Source: Lingula anatina | Lineage: Eukaryota; Animalia; Brachiopoda | DNA length: 64,000 bases | Direction: 5' to 3' | Assembly (NCBI GenBank): GCA_051362555.1 | Contig: CM120645.1 | Coordinates: 16,182,001-16,246,000, forward strand | Shown: positions 1 to 13,244 of the stretch, one piece after another | Layout: each line of letters begins with the position of its first letter | Numbering within the stretch: the first letter of the stretch is position 1 | Translations under genes and position numbers: made by a program | Notes under the pieces: model-generated | Seen by the model: the letters and a program-made list of their open reading frames with translations, nothing else | What the model was told of the DNA's origin: nothing | Database searches by the model: none

Positions 1-1985
1 AAAATTGCAGCAGCGCATGAATCTAGATGAGATGCACTACTTTCCAACCCCGCTTAGGATCATTGCTATCACATCGCGCACCAGGCAAAATCGGTGTGGT
101 GGCTGATACTCTGTAATGCGATCTGACACATACCTTGAAAACGGGTAGTGTGGTCTGATAAACCGGTTTATACTGGACCCGTAGGTGCCGAGTCTGGTAG
201 TTGGGAAGGCCTGGGTATTACTAAAGGCAAAATGGATCAAAAAGTTCATTCCTAGTGAGAAATTAGAACTATGGACATTATCTAAAACAGTAAATCCACC
301 ATTTCTGGCTAGCATACAAAACATGTATTAAATCATTTGCATGTATATATCTGTACTGAATAGGTTTGGGTGATTCTCATATTTTCGACTTACTGAATGG
401 GTGCTTAACACACATGTGCTTACTATTTTCTCCATAAGAATCATTTAGGACGGTGAATGACTTTTTAAAAGGACAGACAAAACGCCCTTACAAGAGTTTA
501 TGGTGTGTAGTAGTCCTTTTCATATATATTTTAGGCAAGTAAAAATATTTTACAATGTTAGCACTGCCATTGTTACATTTAAAATGAAGTTTGGTCAACT
601 TATGTGTTCACTGCAAAGCTTGATGGAAGAGTCAGACTATCAATTAGTCAAAACAAGAAGTGATAAGATCTGTCAAGTTCTGTTGGATGCGAAATATAAG
701 GAGGAATCAAAATTATCCTCACCTCAAGCAACCAAAGGGTGAATATCTTTAGATAATTGAAAAATGATTGTTCTTCATGTATGGAGTCGGGGACGCAATT
801 AGTATAATGAACTCACACAGGTCTGCTTTATTAGTTCCCTAAATGTATTATAACCCAACATTATTCTGTGGTGAAAACATATTCATTTCACATTCACTTG
901 CCCTCCAAAGCAAAAAAAATCAAGCAAGGTGTTAACAGACGTCATAAAATCGCTATTTTGCGTGATTTAAGATTCTTTAAAATGTTATTGTCTTTTTAGA
1001 CCCATTACATAATTTTAGAGGGGGTAGTACAAAAAGTTGGTATTATCATTCCCCCTCCCAACAATAATGAACGAGAGAACTAGCGATAGCTTGGTGAAAC
1101 GGCACTTATTACTAACAAGAGGCTAACGAGCCAATGCTAACTGAGAGCTTCGTGAAACGGGCCCCACTTTCCCTTAACGCTTAGTCGTAGCGCGGCATAC
1201 TCTCAAATGAACTGCTTAAATTTCTTTTCTTTAATGATCGCTTCCACATCTCTAAACATGTAACAAGGTAATTCTCGAAATATTGCAGATCTTTTTCTGA
1301 CTTTTTTTTACTCTTTGATGTATTTACACTGTATAAATGTACAAATACATATCCAAGTGAAGAATGTAGTTTGATTTTCTAACCCAAGAATATGCGATGT
1401 TTTGCAAAGAGGACAGAAAAATTGAAATAACGAACCCAGTAGCAGGATTCCTGTATGCACATATGGAAGTACATATATATCTATAGCAACTTGTCTGCAG
1501 GTGAACAACAGTTAGTTCAAATATCTTACGATAGTGGCTAATGGAATATTTTTTTAGTTATATCATACCAGAAACTGATTTTGCAGTTCGTATTTTTTTC
1601 AGACATTTTGGTTTTTATGAAGTAAAGTGTTAAGACGTAATCACTAATAATTCTTGCATAATAACCATTTAATATAACACCAAGAAATGTTTTTTTCTTT
1701 TTCACTTCATAAAATAGCGGCCATATTGAAAAGTGATCAACGTCTGAAAACCGAGCTAATTCTGTTTCCTTATCCCTTAAGATAGTATTCCTATTAAATG
1801 CATGGTTTTAGGAGAGAGCATTGCAGTGTTGGACCAATGGGCCTGTGGGAGGTCCAAAATACCTCGATTTTATATATGTGTTGCATTGGTTAGTAAGGAA
1901 TGTATTCTGTCGCAATTTAATTGCGGTATACGATTGTATTTATTATCCTCAAACATATTCTAATAGATTCTTTTTATGTTTTTAG

Positions 1986-2132
1986 AGTGGTGTGTATATC
2001 ATCGACAGCCCTGGTATTGGTGAGAGTGGTGTCATGGATGACGTGGTTCTTAACTTCATTGCCAACACTACCATTTTTGCCTTCATTTACGTCTTTATGA
2101 CTGATAAGTCAGGCGGTGTACAGGAAGATAGG
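1986..2132 (+). CDS. Gene A exon: GTPase G3 (SGVYIIDSPGIGESG...GGVQEDR)
   Basis: tttag|agt...agg|gtaaat; 147 nt; same as gene B exon 4. Confidence 0.9.
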
Positions 2133-5100
2133 GTAAATTCTTTAATTTACGGTTATATTTCAATTTGTACAAGTTAACGTTACAACGGAATTATGCCCTT
2201 GCTAATGTAGTTCATATAATTTTACAATGTGTCTTTGAGTATGTAATTATTCTATACATATATTCTTCAGTTGATTTTATTGGTTTTCCTACCAGCTACA
2301 TCCTTTTTAATGGCTTTATATCTTTAGCTCCAAAAATTGCTGCGTCAGCTACAAGCTATGAAAGATGCAGCTGGGGAACCAATCTTTGATCCTGGCTGTG
2401 CCGTATTTGTCTGCAACCGCTGGGATCTGGTACCGGAGGACGCAAGGGAAAAGGCTTTAGAGAATGTGCGTTTGGCAGTGAGTGAGGGATGGAACCGGCC
2501 CGTGGATTCAGCAAAGCAGATATTTACCCTTTCTGCTAAAATGGCGTGGCAGCACAGTCAGGCTGGGTACATGACTCACGACTACAGGCGACTGGTCAGA
2601 GGCATCGAGGGCCTGATTCCAGTCAGTTTGCAAAGAAGGACGGAACATGTACACAGGTGTGTACTATTATTCATCATTACCCATTCATTATGTTTGCATG
2701 TTTTATCTATTTTATTTATTCCACAAAAAGTTCATTTTTCTCAGTAATATTGACAGGGTTGTATTGTGACATTTAAGCTATAATAATTCCAAATTAATAC
2801 CATATATATTTTAAAGGCTAATATTCACGAATTTAATTCTAATATTCAGTAGACTTTACATAAAAGAAGACTCTCTCTCTCGCCATAGCAAAATATCAGG
2901 CACCTGCTGGAAGAATTTGCGATTTGCCACTTTATTGCTGCGAACTGCAATTTCTTCATGCAAATTTGCAGCAAATTTGCTGCAAAATTACTGCAGATTA
3001 GCAGCAAGGATTTTCTTGAAAACTTGTTGCTACAACATTTTAGTTTGTTACATTATTGTTGCATCTATAAAAGTGTCTTAGGTGATTGCAGGTAGTAAAA
3101 AGTGTAAAATAAAGTTAAGGGACACATAAGTCTCACTGGAAGCTATGTTTGTCAAATGGATCTTTATGAAAAATGCGAAGGCTAGGGTGCAATCTCAATA
3201 ATAATAATAACTATTATAATAATAATAATTTATTGTCATATTCATACAAGTATAAAATGAAAATTGGTGTGATCTGTCGATACACTGTAATACAATGGAA
3301 TTATTAAAATACATTTTGTTCATTAAATATACGTACTGCTGATGGATAAAAACTATTTTAGTGCGCGTGGAGGTTGCTTTTAATGACCGTAGTCGGCTTG
3401 ATGACATATGGATAAGTAGGCTATTCGCTGGGTGACCAGGGTCACCTATGATTGACTTCACTTTCTTGAGCACTCGTCGCGTATACAAACATTCAGTTGA
3501 CGGCAAGTCCCTACCTACAATGCGCCTGGCAGTTTTTACTAAGCGATTGAGGCGATTCTTGTCCTCAGCTGTAGCACTACCGTACCAGACGGTGAAAGAT
3601 TATGTTAGTACACTCTCAATCACTGCCCGGTAAAATTTTGCCAGCAGTTCTTGGTTAACATAGAATGACCTCAATTGCCGTATAAAGTAAAGTCTTTGCT
3701 GAGCTTTACAGACAATTTCATCTATGTTAATGTGCCATTTAAGATAATCAGATGTATGTATGCCAAGAAATTTAAAATATCTGACTATTTCAACCTCAGA
3801 ACCATTCAGCATAAGACGCCTAATTTCTGTTGGAATTTTCCTGAAATCTACAATAATTTCTTTTGTCTTTTTAACAGTAAGCTCGAGGTCGTTTAAGCCC
3901 CCTTTACACTGGATGGCGTCCTTTCTGCGTCCAGCAGTACGGCCCCATTTGAGAGTTAAAAAATTATAATACTTTACGTGCCGACAACTGGCCGATCATT
4001 GAGCATTCATTCTGATACAAAATCAATGCTCGTGCCTCCTTATTAAGACCACAGCAATGCCAAATTTCATGGTCGCAGAAAGGACGCCGTCCAGTGTCAA
4101 GGGGGTATTACAGAGCACCATGAAACAAGGGTCGAAACTTGATTTCGATAATCAGACTCGGAAGTGCTAATAAGGCCAGCGCAGGTGGCATCATCCGCAA
4201 ACTTAACAATCAAACAATCGGGATACGAAGCAACACAGTCGGATGTAAACAGTGAATATAAAAGAGGCGAGATGACGCAGCCCTGAGGAGTGCCAGTAAT
4301 TATCTCTATAGTCCTGGAAAAGTTATTGCCGACTTTAACCTGTTGAGTACGATTAATTAAGAAATTTAAAATCCAATTACTGAGTTATGTACTAAAATGG
4401 AGAGAGTTAATAAGTTTTTCGTGAAATTTAAAAGGCGATATCGTGTTAAAAGCAGACTTAAAATCAATAAAAAGTAGTCGTGCATAGTTAGGAATTTTAC
4501 GATCCAAAAAAGTAAGAACATTATGTAAGTTAATAGCTACAGCATCCTCCGTCGACCTGTTCTTCCGATATGCAAATTGAAAAGGGTCAGAAGACGTCGG
4601 TAATTTTGATTTCACATGTTGCAGAACAAATTTCTCAAGCACCTTCCTAACAATGGAAGTTAAAGCTATAGGCCTATAGTCATTGAGACAGGTAACAGGT
4701 GTAAGCTTTCGAACAGGTATTATCACAGATTGTTTGAATATTTTGGCACATAACTAGAGCGTAGAGACCAATTGTAGATGTTGCACAATACACCAGAGAG
4801 CTCATCGGCACATAATTTCAGCAGCCTAGGTGTGATCCCATCCTAGTAAAACCAAGCCGGGTGTCTTCTACTGACAACTGGAAGGGTGTTTCTTCGTCTC
4901 GGGTACAGATGATAGGAGATTTAATATTTGGTCTGTCGAAGCGGGCGTAGAATTCATTCAACTTGTCTGGTAGGCTGGTGTCATCCGTGGGTGAGAGTTT
5001 AACTTTACGTTTGTAGCCGGTGATTTCACTCCCTGCCAAAGCTCACTAGAATTACAGTTTGAGATGTCTGCCTCAAGTTTATCTCTATACCGCAACTTAG

Positions 5101-8100
5101 CGCGCTTAATGGCCCGGCGCAGGTCATACTTTGACCGCTTGATAGCTTCCAAATTGCCCAATCTGAATGCTTCCTGTCTGGCAACAGGTTGTTTACGTAC
5201 TGAGGAACAAAACCAGGATTTGTTGTTCGGATATGATGAAACAGTTTTACTCGGAATGCATAATTCCTCGCAGAATTTTATGTAACTCATTGTCACTTCA
5301 GCACATTCATCAAGATCAGCTGAATCGCGGAGAAATAAGTCCCAGTCGGTGCATGCAAAACAGCCACGAAGTCGTTCTATAGCGTCATCACTAAACTGAT
5401 GAATTACTCTACGTACTAAAGGGTGTACAAGGTGAAATTAAAGCGTGCAGAACGGAATGGATCAAGCACAAAACAGAGAAGCAAAATCCATCCAGTCGAT
5501 TTTCGGGGCCTGGAGTAACTTGGAAAGATATATTTAGGACGAGTAAGATGAGGTCATGGCTTGAACAGGCGGCTAGGAGGTGTGAAATACCCATATTCAA
5601 GCATTCATGAATCGCCCTGTTACCCCCCTGGGTTCGAGACCTACAATTGACATGACCTTTACCTCCCCCCCCCCCCTCCCCCCCCCGTCAGTTTTATTTG
5701 TTGTAACAAAATGTTTATCGGTGTTTTGAATGCCTAATTTGTGTTCCAGGTTCCGTTCCTTGATCATTACACTTACAATTTATTTTAGTGTGTGTGTTTT
5801 TTTTAAGTGTCAAAGCGCCGATGGATGGTACCTTATATTGTTAAAAAATACCGGGCGGGCAAAACAGGCTCATACCTATTGGGTACTGAGGGAGGAGTAC
5901 GCCAAAAGGATGCGTTAACACATGTAAAATCTTGCGTTTGCCAGAAGAAAAGTAGGCCCCTACACATAATTAAATAAATAAGGAAAAACTATGGAAGTGT
6001 TGTTTTTGTTACTTTATTAAAATGCACATAAACTGCCCATCGGAAAATAAAATCGTCGTAAAATATTAAAATAAAATGTCATATTAATGAAATAAAGTAA
6101 ACGTTTATTATATTTTTAAAACTAGTTTATCTCTACATCCATTTATTCATGTCATTTCTCGGTGTAAACTACATGTATATAGGACATGCGTTACTAAAAT
6201 GTTAGAAATGCACGTCCCATGTACACGTAGGACTTGCATTACTTGGGAGCCTTCGTACAACGGACATTAAATCCTAGTAACGTACCTGTATGCCCTAGGA
6301 CTTCCATTCCTAGCAATACATGCCCTATGACTTGCATTCCCAGGACTAAAATATGTCCGGGCATACTTACGTTACTAGGACGTCCACTCCTGCCACACCG
6401 GTTTATACATCACAATACCCATGTACTTCCGGTAATATCCAATGAAATTCATTAGAAGAAAAAATGAAAGACAAATATTTTTTATCGATTGATACTGCTA
6501 TATTTTAACATTTGAGCAACTTGTAGATCTATAACATCTAAAACAATGTACCAGCAATGACAATATGTCAATATTGTTACACCCAACAGTGATTAAAGCA
6601 ATGCACAAATACATGAATGTATGAGACAAAAATGGTTAGTTTTTGTTTTGCAACATGCTGATGTGGTGATTATTTTATACTTGTTGACAAGGACCACTCT
6701 TCAATTTTAGCAAAAAAGTAAATTTTATAAATTCACCTGCGGTCTGGCATCAATTCATATTTGCATATGAATCAATTTATTTTTAATAAATAGCACTTTT
6801 GTCTACAAACCATGTCATGTGTACAAAAACCTGCATATGAAACTGAAAACAATGTATTGTTTAACTGTATATACCTTACTTTTGGTGGTTCAAAGCTAAA
6901 ATAATATCACAAATTTAAGTACACTGATTACCAATAAACGTTATCATTAGCAACAGCTCAAAAATATTTTTTCTCCCTTAAAATTTCGTCAAAAGTTGTG
7001 CTGGTGCTCATTGCCACACAGAATTTTGAGATGATAAGCACTTCTGTTATAATAATTGCAGATCAAGGAATGGCAAAATGGTTATTCCTGGTCTCATTCA
7101 TGTTGAACAAGCCTAGAAGAAATAGAGCTTTTAATAGTTATACATAAAAAACTTCACACACAAACATTCCCTAAAATCTTAATAAATAATAGTTCACAAC
7201 CTCTTTTATAGCAAAAATTGGTAACAGTAGATTATGTATTAAGGTACTTGATAGCTTGACTGAAATTATACCCCAAACCATCGATAGTTACCTTTTGTGC
7301 ACTGTAGTTTAATGTTAGTGGTGGTAAGAAAACAGAACCTTTTTGCTGCTGGAAACAATCATTTTGGCTGCTCAATTATGGCTACATCTGCCAGCAAAAC
7401 TAAAGATCTTTCATCTGCATTCTCTCTAACCTGAAATGAGTAAGTACGGAATTCATAACAACATATAACTACATATCCTAAACGAAACTCTCAATTACAA
7501 ACAATAAACATAAAGCCAATTGGAAATAGGTGTAGTTTGAAACATGTTTTACGTCTAAAGGGTTGATTCATTTTTGCCATTATAATGCCTCTAACTGGTT
7601 TTCACCCTAAACTGTATAGGAAAACAATGAAACGTGCAGACGTACTGGTTCAGCTTCTCAGTCTTGAGTCACGAGGAATCGCGCGGAGGATTAGACCAGT
7701 TACCAGGATCGAATTTCAAAGGACGCCGGTTTGAAAAGAATGCTGCGATCTGATTAGACGAGAGAGATAATGATGTTCCGTTTCTACTCCTCTTTACAAC
7801 TTCTTGCTTTATATATGCGGAGCAGGCCCTGCGACATTACTAGTATCCTTATCAGATTCAGTCAGATAAATAACACTAAAGTAAAAGGCGTTAAATGTGG
7901 AAATGATATAAACCTTCACTCAAATTTATTGGCATATACCTGAACTGTAATCCTGATTATCCGTAATGGTACATACATGTTTATATGTGTAAGTATTTGG
8001 TGGTGTTTAGATTACAGTTATTAATTAAATTAATATTTGAGAAAATTGATTGTTTTGTTGAAAGCAAAATCGTGAGAGTCGCATTGAATAGCAACTGCCA

Positions 8101-10227
8101 AGGTCACGAGAGAATCCGTCGATTTGTCTGCTTCCAACTCACTCCATTGATAGGGCAAAAAGCAAAATCTAATTTTTCAAATCGTGGTATATTGAGAAAG
8201 AATACCAAATCAGATGGCCTTAACTTATGGTATTTGGGATTAAGAACACTCGTAATATTTTACTCACGCAAAAAAATTGGAATAGCATGTTCATTTCTAA
8301 ACTTCTTTTATGACCTCATTTTATTGGCTTATTTAAAACCATTGCTCGTGCATTTGAAGCCGTGTGATGCATTTTTCTAAACAGGTATCCAACTATGTTT
8401 CTTTTTAGATGGGCCACACATCTCGCAGAGCGCACCTTAGATTATGCACAGCAGTATCTTAATTCTGCTAGTTTGACACGGGGCGAACTTGAGGCTAAGC
8501 ACAACGATCAGAAGGATCGGTTGTGGCGTCTTCAAAAAGACTCCGAAGATGTTCTGAGAAAACTTGAGGACAGTCTTAATGAAAAATGTGAAACCATAAC
8601 CGATGCTCTGTCCAAATATCTTACCAGTGCTCTGACCACTTCCCAGGCTACGTCTTGGACTTATGCTGAAGCTCCATGTGGGACCAATTGGAACCATTTA
8701 GAAGGGAGGATAGAAGATGCCATCTGTAAGAGAATTGTCGATGCCATCACTTCTTGGGAAATTGAAGAAAAGCTTTTTGAAACCACGAAAAAGAAACTGT
8801 TCGCGACCTTCTCCAAACAATTCCAATTAATTGAATCTGAGCTGCGAATCATTGAAAATATGTTGCAAAAGTCTTCAGAAACGGTGTGCAGGAAAAGGGA
8901 GAGTAAAACTCTGGCACCGTATATAGAATTCCAAGAACTGATGGACTCTGAGGTCGACAAAATGTCAATTGTAGACTTTAACCTAGGTGAGAAAATTGCA
9001 CTCGGTTTATTTTCGCCAATCATTTTACCAACGGGTGCTTTGGGGATGCTTCTCGTATCACCCGTGTTTCTTTTTGTTGACGTAAGAAAATACATTCGGA
9101 AGAGGAAAGAGAAACGAATCTTAAGACAATATAATCAGAACAAATGTGACTTTCTTCGCGACAGAACCGCCGAGGCTTTGGAAATAATGGCTAAGCGTGA
9201 TGTCACAAGAGCCTATGTCGATGCGATGCTTCAAGAGGCCAGGGATCACCTACAGATGATGCGTGAGTTCATTCCCCAGCTTATATCATCTACCCGCAAG
9301 TACATGCAGATTATTAAAGACGACCAACGGTGTGAAGAGCAGCTCATCACCACCTTTGGCCCTGTTGTTAGCAATTTTAAAGAAATAAAGGCTGCTCTGG
9401 AGGGTTTCGCTCTTTCACATCTTTTCTCGTATGATTTTAATGAGGCAGATGTGGAACAGGACAACGATCCTATCAAAGGACAAACATTATATCAAGGGAA
9501 CTGGACCGAAGTTTTCCCCGCCATCTTAAAATCTTCAAAGGATCAATCCCAGAAAATATCTGTCAAGCGCTATAAAGGGCCTGCAACAAGCAAGCAAGTG
9601 CGGGAGGAAATAGTTGAAATGAGGTGTGTTTAAAAAGTTAGCAAATAGGCAATTTAGAAGCTGTTAGTGTTTAAGAAACACTTTATTTACTATGCACAAA
9701 AACATGTACTATTTTATGTAATCAGTTTTGAATTGTGAGTTTAGAATTAATATCCATGTTCCTGTCTATCTAAACATTTTCCATTATACTATTTATGATG
9801 CTTTAAAAGTTGTGTTTTTACTTTAGCGAATTCATCGCCGCATTAGGTTTCGATAAACATATTTTATTTGTTTTTCTCATATTTTAAACTTTGCGATTTG
9901 TCTTATGTATTAGATCTTTTGCAGAATTGATCTTATTTCCAGGAAACTGGAGCAACAAAAGAGAAATTTCATTCCCTCCATGTTGGGTACTTACCTAGAC
10001 CCAACAACTGAACTGCCATGCCTTGTCATGACCCCGCGTCTGACAAGTTTGAGGGTCCTCAGAAGTGGCAAGGGCACAAGTAAAGTCCACCGGGGTCAGC
10101 TGGTCCAATATTTTCTCAAGGAACCGGTAGATTGCCTACTCCAACTGGCGGACGCCTTGGCCTACCTGTACAAGAATGGTTTGGTTTGTCTGGATTTGTC
10201 CATGGATACAGTTATGATTACCGTGTG

Positions 10228-10265
<38 letters not shown>

Positions 10266-11029
10266 TAATAAATATATCAAACTTGGTTTAAGATCTTCTT
10301 TCACTTATTTGACCCTGTATCATTTTGTCAAAGAGGGTGAAATGTGGAGTTTGTGGCGTTTATTTAGTATGGAGACTAACAACTTACAGCAACTAAGTCA
10401 CAAACCTGTTGATGCTATGTATTATGTAATATATGATTTTCATGGTGTATTAAATTTGCTATGATATTACTATAAAGCAGTCTTATATATTGTGTAGTAA
10501 ATTTGCTATAATATTACTATAAAGCGATCTAAGATAATGTGTGCACGATTTTTGCACTGCTACATGTCTGTACTAAAAATTAATGCTTTATTTTGCATTA
10601 CAGACTGGAGATGATACATGTAAGACCGTGAAGTTAGTGAACATCAGCAAGCGTGTCACGATGCCACCCCCAGATCCCAACTCCCCCATAGGGTCTATGG
10701 TTTATCTCCCCTACAGCGTCCTCGGTGGCACCAAACCTTACGATGCAGATGCCAACATCTACGCCCTTGGGCTCATGATGTGGGAAATATGGCATAATGC
10801 ACACGTGTACAAAATCTACAGAAATCTTGCAGTTAGAGTCTTCAGTGCTGGAATCAGGCAGGGCAACTTCCCCCTGGAGTTTGAAACTGGTAAAATGGAC
10901 CCGACCTTGGGGGTATACTGGGAGAAGACCATGAGGGCCTGTCTCTCCGGGGAAATCACCATAAAAGAGTGGAGGAATCAGATGCATGATATAAAGGATT
11001 TACTGAACCGAAAAGAAACTGCTGTGTGA
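1986..11029 (+). CDS. Gene A: dynamin-like GTPase-membrane hairpin-pseudokinase protein (5'-partial; exons with the N-terminus and P-loop are not in the window)
   Basis: Five GT-AG exons that splice in frame: 1986-2132, 2328-2656, 8409-9623, 9943-10222, 10604-11029 (stop). Motifs: G3 DSPG, G4 NRWD, hydrophobic hairpin IALGLFSPIILPTGALGMLLVSPVFLFV, degenerate kinase CLDLSMDT / LVNIS / YLPYS. Three exon lengths (147, 329, 280 nt) equal those of gene B. Confidence 0.88.
2328..2656 (+). CDS. Gene A exon: GTPase G4/G5 (FVCNRWD, FTLSAK)
   Basis: tttag|ctc...cacag|gtgtgt; 329 nt, ends phase 2. Confidence 0.9.
3197..5420 (-). mobile_element. 5'-truncated, decayed Rex1/Babar-type non-LTR retrotransposon in a gene A intron
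   Basis: Minus-strand peptides RGCFACTDWDLF, NDYRPIALTS, DPFQFAYR, FIDFKSAFNTI, GTPQGCVISPLLYSLFTSDC, KFADDAT and KAQQRLYFIRQLRSF...FYRAVIESVLT; frameshifts and stops; (ATT)n 3' tail at about 3197-3232. Confidence 0.88.
3896..4107. mobile_element. MITE (PIF/Harbinger-like) inserted into the LINE RT region
   Basis: 32-bp TIR CCCCCTTTACACTGGATGGCGTCCTTTCTGCG with its inverse at 4074-4105 (2 mismatches); TTA on both flanks. Confidence 0.8.
5715..6150 (+). repeat. Dispersed repeat shared with gene C intron 4 (48155-48250 and 48600-48900)
   Basis: Near-identical blocks such as ggatggt.ccttat.ttgttaaaaaata and actgagggaggagtacgc.aaaa..atgcgttaacac at both loci. Confidence 0.75.
8409..9623 (+). 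CDS. Gene A exon: helical stalk, hydrophobic hairpin, pseudokinase N-lobe start
   Basis: Within the 412-aa ORF; ttttag|a tgg...atg ag|gtgtgt; phase 2 at both ends. Confidence 0.92.
9943..10222 (+). CDS. Gene A exon: pseudokinase up to the degenerate catalytic loop (CLDLSMDTVM)
   Basis: ttccag|g aaa...acc|gtgtgt; 280 nt as in gene B exon 7. Confidence 0.88.
10229..10266. repeat. (TTA)n microsatellite
   Basis: Direct reading. Confidence 0.95.
10604..11029 (+). CDS. Gene A last exon: pseudokinase C-lobe
   Basis: ttacag|act gga; ANIYALGLMMWEIW (subdomain IX-like); TGA at 11027-11029. Confidence 0.9.
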   Translation, partial: TGDDTCKTVKLVNISKRVTMPPPDPNSPIGSMVYLPYSVLGGTKPYDADANIYALGLMMWEIWHNAHVYKIYRNLAVRVFSAGIRQGNFPLEFETGKMDPTLGVYWEKTMRACLSGEITIKEWRNQMHDIKDLLNRKETAV

Positions 11030-11189
11030 TGGTGTTAATTATCATCAATTGGTCAAGCTTTCCCTGTGGTGGACAATTTATTTTATATATGCATAATCTA
11101 TTTCACATTGTTACTTTCTAAACCATCATAGTTAGGAACTTGATACGTCGGGGATTAATAAACCTATCATTATAGGAATTTGCAAAGGC

Positions 11190-12680
11190 TCTTCGGAATT
11201 CAATTGTGACTTGGGGTGTGGTCGACCCTGGGGGTGGTCTATTCTAAGTTTTACATCGTATTTTATGCAAGGAACATGAAACGTGGCTACATACTATTTT
11301 GAATTTGGAAGGGCACTTCGGATTTTTTTTTTTTTTTTTTTTTTTGGGGGGGGGGGGCCTGGGAGCGGTTGAGTCTAATTGACATTGTTATTCCTGCTAT
11401 ATCTATCCGTAGACCAATAAAGCTGGGAACGTAAGGCTATGGGGATTGAAACATCTGTCTTTGGGGATGTGTATGGGTCCTTCTGGGTTTTTGTGACATT
11501 GGGTGTGGCCGTCCCTGGGGAGGTTGATTTTAAATTTAACATCGTTATTCGTGCTTCTACCCTTACACCATTACAGTTGGGAACATGAAACCTTCCGGGC
11601 TGATAAGCTTACCATTGAGGATATGCATAGGTTTCCGGGAATGTTAGTATGATATTTAATTCAGGTGTGGCTATCCCGGGGCTGGTTGATTCTATTTTTC
11701 ACAACTTTATTTCTGCCATCTATACCCTTAAATTTTAAGGAACATGAAACGGAGATTGATGAACCAGTCATTTTAATGAATGTGCATGGGTCCTTGAGAA
11801 ATGTAGAGAACAGCAGAAGCACATACAGAACTAAATGGACTTCCAGCCATATGCATAAATATAGGTCAGGGAATCCAATTAAAAACTAATTCAAGGCCAC
11901 ACACACTCGATCAGGAATCCTAGCGTTTAACTGCTGTTGTGTCTTAACACAAAACAAAATTGCTTATTTCCCAAGAGCAGTAATCAACATGTGTGTTTTA
12001 TGTTAAAGAACAATGGGACTTGGACCCTAGGATTCCTGAGAGTATGGGGTCTTGAATGGGTTTTAATTAACTTGACCTATATTCAAGAATACGACTGAAG
12101 GTCTGTTATTTAGTACTGTCTGCTGCTTTCTCTACATTTACCCTTCCTTCCTAATTCGAAGACCGCCATCAGATTCACACATAGGATGTAGTACTAGCTG
12201 GGTCGGTCCAACTCTGCAAGGAATCTTAAGTGCAATCTATGGACTCAGCTTCATTGCCTGACAAACCACTAATCACTCCACCCCCTAGGGCGGCCACACC
12301 CCAAGTCACACTAATGTAGCCCACCCATGCACCAAAGACTCATGTTCCTAATTCGAATGGTCTAGGGGGAGATGAAATAAATTACGGTAAGATATATATG
12401 TGTACCATCCCCAGGGACAGCCACACCCCAGGTCACAAAAAAAAAAAAAAAAAAAAGCCTATGCACACCCCGACATTTTAGTTTCCTCAACCTAAAGACC
12501 TATGGGCATATAGCAGAAAATACAATTTAAAGATAATAATCAACCACCCCTATGTCACCAAAGTCACCAAAAATCCGAAGGACACGTGCCCATCCCTAAT
12601 GGCAAGTTCAAATATCCCCAACGTCTCATGTTCCTCACTTTAATGGATAGAGGATACCAGTAACAACGATATAAAAAAAT
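11190..12680. mobile_element. Foldback-like non-autonomous element, copy 1
   Basis: Left half has repeated ttggggtgtgg..g.ccctggggg units and the right half has inverse cacaccccaagtcac units; central region is homologous to 16900-18040; boundaries approximate. Confidence 0.6.
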
Positions 12681-12816
12681 ATATCCCCCCCCCCCCCCCC
12701 CAAAGGACTGCAATAATTGATTCCTATTTGTTTATTTATCCACCTTATAATCCAGTAACCTACGCGTAAATTATGTTTTCATAGCCTGGTTTACCTGATC
12801 CATTAGTTTTATGCAT

Positions 12817-12925
12817 CAAGCGGATCTGGGAAGGGAGGGCCCAGGGGGTTTGGACCCCCTTTTCTTCAACGCTGACCATAATGTCCCATAATGTACTGAT
12901 TTTTAGAAATACTGGATCCACACCT
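12817..12925. mobile_element. Short degenerate MITE of the CAGGGGCGGATC...GATCCGCCCCTG type
   Basis: caagcggatctgg at the left end, ctggatccacacct at the right end, internal ggggg...ccccc. Confidence 0.45.
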
Positions 12926-13244
12926 ACATACGCCTGTGTATTTTAAAATTACTCAAAACATGCATCCAATACCACTAAAGAAACCCTATTCAGTCATACA
13001 AGTGAATTAAAACGTACAGTTTACCTATTTTGGATAATATTTACAGTACAAAAACATTATATTTCAAAAACGTTCTCTCTCATAGCGTTGGGCCAACAAC
13101 AGGTTCTTTTTCACCATTATCCCATAAAGTCGCAGGCAATATCTTATGTGGTGATGAAGTCGCAATTTATCCTATGAAGTCGATTTGACAGTAAAATCAG
13201 AGCATTTATCCCATGAAGTGGTAATATACCATGAAGTATCTTAA

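Noticed and set aside
500-742. 80-aa ORF with STAIVTFKMKFG, faintly like the G2 region, as a possible missing gene A exon
   Set aside because: No P-loop and no nucleotide similarity to gene B exon 3 despite high A/B identity elsewhere; the missing exons are probably upstream of the window
8437-9476. Antisense ORFs over the large exons (also 34540-34893, 52285-52683 and inside the BEL ORF)
   Set aside because: Shadow frames of real coding sequence with no motifs of their own
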